A DNA stretch of 63,676 bases, counting the filler, from Klebsormidium nitens (taxonomy: Eukaryota > Plantae > Klebsormidiophyceae), in assembly GCA_000708835.1 (NCBI GenBank). It is 4 parts of 4 records of this genome, joined end to end, with 100 filler letters (N's around TTAATTAATTAA, not from the genome) between each part and the next. Parts side by side here need not be neighbours in the genome. Positions count along the whole stretch, not along the records: positions 43,783 to 61,534 come from DF237960.1; positions 61,635 to 63,676 come from DF238756.1; 2 more parts are not named here. One strand, written 5' to 3'. The notes below the pieces were generated by a model. The model made no database searches. It was not told where the DNA came from and worked only from the letters and a program-made list of their open reading frames with translations. A program made the translations under genes and the position numbers. Positions 59,384 through 63,676 of the stretch are shown here, in pieces. Positions within the stretch are counted from its first letter, which is position 1. Each line of letters starts with the position of its first letter.

Positions 59384-61450
59384 TCCCCCCTATTGGGCGA
59401 AGTCGTCTCGACTGAGCGGACACCAGGGAGTCGCAGTGTGGTATGTGCCAACACGCCTTAGGTCTGAGGGCGGTTGAGAGGACAACGCGGGCAGAACCAG
59501 TTCGACCTTGGGGCGGTTTCTTGACGGGCGGTGTCAGGCACTTCATGTGCCAGCCCGAATCGCAGCTGTCGCATAGAAGCATGGGTCCGGTGCGGCGGTT
59601 TGCAGCCGTTTCGTGGCAGACCTCGCAGGCCTGGTCCTTTTCCTCAGCAAATGCTGGGTTTTGCCATGGATCAATGTTCGGATTGTGGCCGGGCGCACGG
59701 GTCTCAACATGATCTTTGATAGCCTTGCCATCACGGCCTTCCAGCAGCAGGCGGCCAGTGCTGAGCAACTGCTTCACACGCAAGATGATTCGACCCTTGT
59801 CGACTTCCATGGTATCCTTGGACTGGTGCCGGAGGTAGACATAGTCCCCTTTCTCGAAGCCTTTCATCTTCGGCTTGATGTCGCTAGACCGGACCATGTG
59901 CTGGGCGATCAGCAGGTTGTCGAACGCCATAGGCATGGCCGTCTTGAACAACTCAGCGCGGTCCCGTAGGGTCCTGGCGCTCTTCATGGGTGAGTCGAGG
60001 TCGATGGGCTCGCTCACAATGTTCCGGATGCGCATGCCCACGACGAGGTGGCGCCCATACAGCAGGTAGTACGAGTATCCCCCCAGCGACGTGTCTCGGC
60101 TGAGTCGGTAACCCATCATAATCCAGGGTAGGAATGCATCCCATTGCGTACAGTTGTACAGCAAGCAGTACTTACGCAACGCCTTCTTGGATATCTGGAC
60201 GATCCGTTCGGACAAGCCGTTGGACGCGCATGGTCACGAGAAGTGATGCAGTGGTCGATGTACAAGGCAATCAGGAGCTCGGCAGACAAGCCTTCGAATT
60301 CTGATCCCTGGTCAGTAACGACCTCGGATGGCAGCCGAAGCGGGCCAGGACCTCAATGAACTTCTCGCAAATGTACTCAGCTTTCTTGGCTGGTATAGCA
60401 AAGATCTCGATCCACTTGTTGGAATGTTCGGTCTTCACAACCACGTACTCATTGCCGGCAGTCGATTTGATTGGCATCTCGAACAAGTCAATACCCCAAC
60501 GGTAGAACATGCCCATGATTGGCAGAGGTATCAGTGTGGGACCCTTCACCTCGAAGGTGGCCTTGACACGGTCACAGACGACGAAGGAGCTGACCTCAGT
60601 TTCGACCTGGCCGAACATGCTGACCCACGAGTATGTGGGCTCGAGCAGTGAGTAGGTCTTCTTGACCCCGAAGTGTCCAATGTCCATGTGGACTCGGCGA
60701 ATCAGGTTTGCGCGCTGGTCGGGCTTGGGCACAATCTTTGACCCATAGCCGTCGACACATCTGCACAACAAGTCGTGCTCGATGTGATAACCCTGGGCAC
60801 GGCGCCAGATGCGGTCCCGAACCTGGCTCGAATCATCAGGTGGGTAGCTACCGACCCGCAGGAACTCGATCACGGGAGCATCATGCCAGATGTTGCGGTC
60901 GAGCTTGACGGGCATATCAACATTAGACGGCTCACGCTCAGGAGCGGCAGGAATGAGGGCCAGCATAGCTGACGGAGTGTTATCGGATCCAACAATCAGG
61001 CGGGCCAAGCATGCCGCGATGTGAGAGACGTTACTAGGAGTGTGATCCATCCGAGCATCGGTCCAGTCATGATCTAAGGGGATCGGGTTGCGTGAGAGCC
61101 CGTCCGCGTCAAGATTCTTGAGACCACTTAGATGAACGATCTCGAACTCGTACTCCCGAAGAATGTTAGCCCAGCGGGCGTACATTCTTGTGGACCTCAT
61201 GCTCGTCATCAGTCACTTCAGAGGCTCGTGATCCGTGCTCTGCGTGGAGTGTCGGCCATAGAGGTACCAGGAGAAGATTTGGACTCCTGATATGCTACAG
61301 GCCTATAAGGCTGCGCTGGCCCTATAGCGGATCAGAATACACTTGCGGAAGCCCTTGTCTTGCTCTCCAGCTGCGCGCTCGTAAAAACTGCTTACTTCAG
61401 ATCAACACCAATAGTGTGACCTTGTTCATTGACCTTCTCCCTGGCCATCC
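59384..61450 (-). mobile_element. Gypsy pol 3' part: RNase H, integrase and C-terminal PHD finger
   Basis: YLYGRH..TDHEPLK, HLSGLKNLDADGLSR, HMDIGH..VVCDRVK, WGIDL and TDQGSEF. PHD: CEVC..LLCDSCDSGWHMKCL..NWFCPRC after a frameshift. Confidence 0.9.
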
Positions 61451-61634
61451 TTCCTAGTTCGGTACGTACGAAGCGTACTACATACCCAGGTTGGTATTCC
61501 TATCAGGTACTCAGTCGAACACAGTAAATCAGTANNNNNNNNNNNNNNNNNNNNNNNNNNNNNNNNNNNNNNNNNNNNTTAATTAATTAANNNNNNNNNN
61601 NNNNNNNNNNNNNNNNNNNNNNNNNNNNNNNNNN

Positions 61635-61882
61635 CTTGGCTTGACTGTTTCTCTGAAGAGACCCCGGAGGCGGGAGTCGACATCGATTCCCGGGCGGTCA
61701 GGATAGACGCTGGTACAGGTGAGCCCATAGTCGACCTCATCGTACGGGCAGGGGCTGTTTGCGGGGGTAGGGATGGGGCTCAGAAAGTACTCTCCAGGCT
61801 TGGTTGACTGGACGACTGCTTGTTCGAGCGCGTATTTGATGTGGACCTGCCCACTGTTCATGTCCCTTATGTACTCTTGCAT
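61635..61882 (-). CDS. Hypothetical protein, 3'-truncated by gap, possibly viral
   Basis: The ORF MQEYIRDMNSGQVHIKYALEQAVV... starts 27 bp after the BRO gene stop, in an AT-rich AAATAATAAATG context. Confidence 0.55.
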
Positions 61883-61909
61883 TTATTATTTGAGCAAGCT
61901 GCGCACTCC

Positions 61910-63559
61910 TCAGTCAAATTGAGCCTTCTCTTCCTCGTCTCCATCCTCCGGTGCTTGCACGACCACTTGCCGCCACTTGTAGCCTTTGAGAATTGAGCCT
62001 TCCTCCAAAGCCCGTTTCAGTGAAGCTCGTGCTATTCGCATTGTCGTCTGAACGCTTTGGATGGATGCAAAGCGCTTCAGGACATCGTTTGTTAGTGCAT
62101 GAATCTGCTCGATCATCATTCCATTAGAGCGCACCCGTTCTTCTGGCAAGGTGCAGCGAGATAAGTACTCGCTCCTCAGTTGTTCACCACACTCGTACCA
62201 AGGACAGAAATAGTGGCCTCCAGACTTGGTCCCTTTCTTGATTGCTGTGCTGATTGCAGCCATTCCACTAAACTGTCTGTCCTCTGCAGCCTCCTTCATG
62301 TCCGCAAAAACCTTGACAATATGGCTTCTGTCAAGTGCAATCATGGCAAGGAAACCCTTCTTACTAGTTCTGCTTATCACTGTCTCGCCAATGTCTTGCA
62401 CGGTGTCATCAGGCAAAGTCCTGTCCAGCTTTGCCCAGCGGAAACCCTTGTAGACTGTCCGCTTGTTAATGGCAATCCTGATCAAGTTGCCTGCAGGAGC
62501 AGCCCCCTCAGCCTGCCTTGCTGCTTCAGCGCACCCTGGATAGGTTGCAAGAAGCTGCTTGCCATCACTTGAGTATCTCTGGATCTTGTCGCCACGTCTC
62601 TGTGTATAACGACGATCATCTGGCGGAGTGTAATATGGAATGGGTTCCTTGACTTCTGTGCCAGTGAGGTTGCTTTGCAGTAGGCTGTTCTTGTAGCGTA
62701 GAAGCTCAAGCTCCACGAGCTGCTTGGTCGTCGCACGATCGTTATAAGCTGTCTGATGCCGTTTGGCGATCTGGACAGCAAGCTCCACTTGCTCAGAAGT
62801 CATCTTAAACACCTCCCGGTTCGAATAATGCCCGTTATGGATAGGTTGCTTGTAAACGTGCTCAGCAATGCGTGGATGTCCTTGCAGAAACTCCTCGAAT
62901 TGACGATACAGGCTGACCTGGAAGACTTCAAAGATCTGCATTGAGCCAAACTCCTTCTCCAAGCCTACTGTACGATCCTTGAGGTCCTTTGTACTTCCAA
63001 TCTTTATCAAAGACTTGGAGTCCGGCTCGTCCCGTATCTTGCCAAAGTACACAAGGCAGTCCCCCTTCTTGAAAGCATTGATGAGGGTGGTATGTCGAGC
63101 AGCATCCGTTGCTGCCTTTGAGATCTTTGCCTGCTCAACAAGAAGCTCTTCAATCTTCTGTGCTGCTGCTGCTTCTGCAAGGCGTGTAGCTTCCTTGGCC
63201 TCGTACACTGCAGCCTCTAGGTCATAGTGGCCTTTCTGACGGATCGTCTCGATCACCTGTACCACCCACTTCTGGAACGGTCTTGCCGCTGGCTTGCGGG
63301 ACTGCATGAGCAGGCGGTACAACCCACGCTCCGTCAGGTAGGTTGTCTCTTGCATGCTTCCTCGCTGGTCCCTAACTATGTTTAGTACCATTTCATCTTC
63401 ATCGTAGCTCTTCAAGGTAGCATGGAAGTTGGTCATGCCTAGCACTGTGCCAATGTCATTTGCCTTGAACATAGGTCGCATGCCGTCCCACAAGATGTCC
63501 ACTTTGTAGCTCGTGCCATCCATCACAAAGGCCTTGAGAACGTCGAGCTCGTGTACCAT
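61910..63559 (-). CDS. BRO-N + T5orf172/GIY-YIG-like + three NUMOD1-like repeats (giant-virus-type protein)
   Basis: FKANDIGTVLG...LTERGLYRLLMQSRKPAARPFQKWV (BRO-N); VYFGKI..LIKIGSTKDLKDR; three repeats of Q/A-x-...F.s..EAA......I..aik.g...kG..W. Intact and intronless, 549 aa. Confidence 0.85.
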   Translation of the reverse strand: MVHELDVLKAFVMDGTSYKVDILWDGMRPMFKANDIGTVLGMTNFHATLKSYDEDEMVLNIVRDQRGSMQETTYLTERGLYRLLMQSRKPAARPFQKWVVQVIETIRQKGHYDLEAAVYEAKEATRLAEAAAAQKIEELLVEQAKISKAATDAARHTTLINAFKKGDCLVYFGKIRDEPDSKSLIKIGSTKDLKDRTVGLEKEFGSMQIFEVFQVSLYRQFEEFLQGHPRIAEHVYKQPIHNGHYSNREVFKMTSEQVELAVQIAKRHQTAYNDRATTKQLVELELLRYKNSLLQSNLTGTEVKEPIPYYTPPDDRRYTQRRGDKIQRYSSDGKQLLATYPGCAEAARQAEGAAPAGNLIRIAINKRTVYKGFRWAKLDRTLPDDTVQDIGETVISRTSKKGFLAMIALDRSHIVKVFADMKEAAEDRQFSGMAAISTAIKKGTKSGGHYFCPWYECGEQLRSEYLSRCTLPEERVRSNGMMIEQIHALTNDVLKRFASIQSVQTTMRIARASLKRALEEGSILKGYKWRQVVVQAPEDGDEEEKAQFD

Positions 63560-63676
63560 GTTTGCTTGTTACCTCAGTCCCTAGTTCAAAACAGCGGTAC
63601 TTAAACGCGCCTCCTTAGCCACCCGGTGTTTGCTGCTGACCAGAATCGTGCTCACGCTCGCCTCCACCCGATCCGT

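Overview
Eukaryotic, GC-rich, transposon-dense (heterochromatin-like) scaffold region. It has spliceosomal introns and seven N-gaps, three of them carrying an artificial TTAATTAATTAA filler. A green-lineage host (possibly a streptophyte alga) is inferred from plant-type initiator-tRNA primer sites, TE types and GC content; this is not provable here. No prokaryotic operon, rRNA, tRNA gene or CRISPR array was found. From left to right: a MYND-finger ORF and a Sel1 fragment; an intron-containing KDZ-type transposase with SWIM/CxC modules (minus strand, one frameshift); an ~11.4 kb Mutator-like (MULE) element with long TIRs; the 3' end of an L1-like LINE with a C-terminal OTU deubiquitinase and poly(A); a degenerate unknown ORF cluster; a nest of Copia elements primed by half-tRNA-iMet; a JmjC-like remnant; tandem arrays; a DIRS/Ngaro remnant; a Gypsy integrase-PHD fragment; and, after a gap, an intact intronless giant-virus-like BRO-N/T5orf172/NUMOD1 gene with a tightly linked neighbour. 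The best candidate for an undescribed system is the MULE. Its multi-exon transposase appears to splice in frame to a ubiquitin-like domain and two CxxC fingers, and is preceded inside the TIRs by a papain-fold protease resembling herpesvirus tegument deubiquitinases. All family assignments come from motifs read by eye; no database searches were run.
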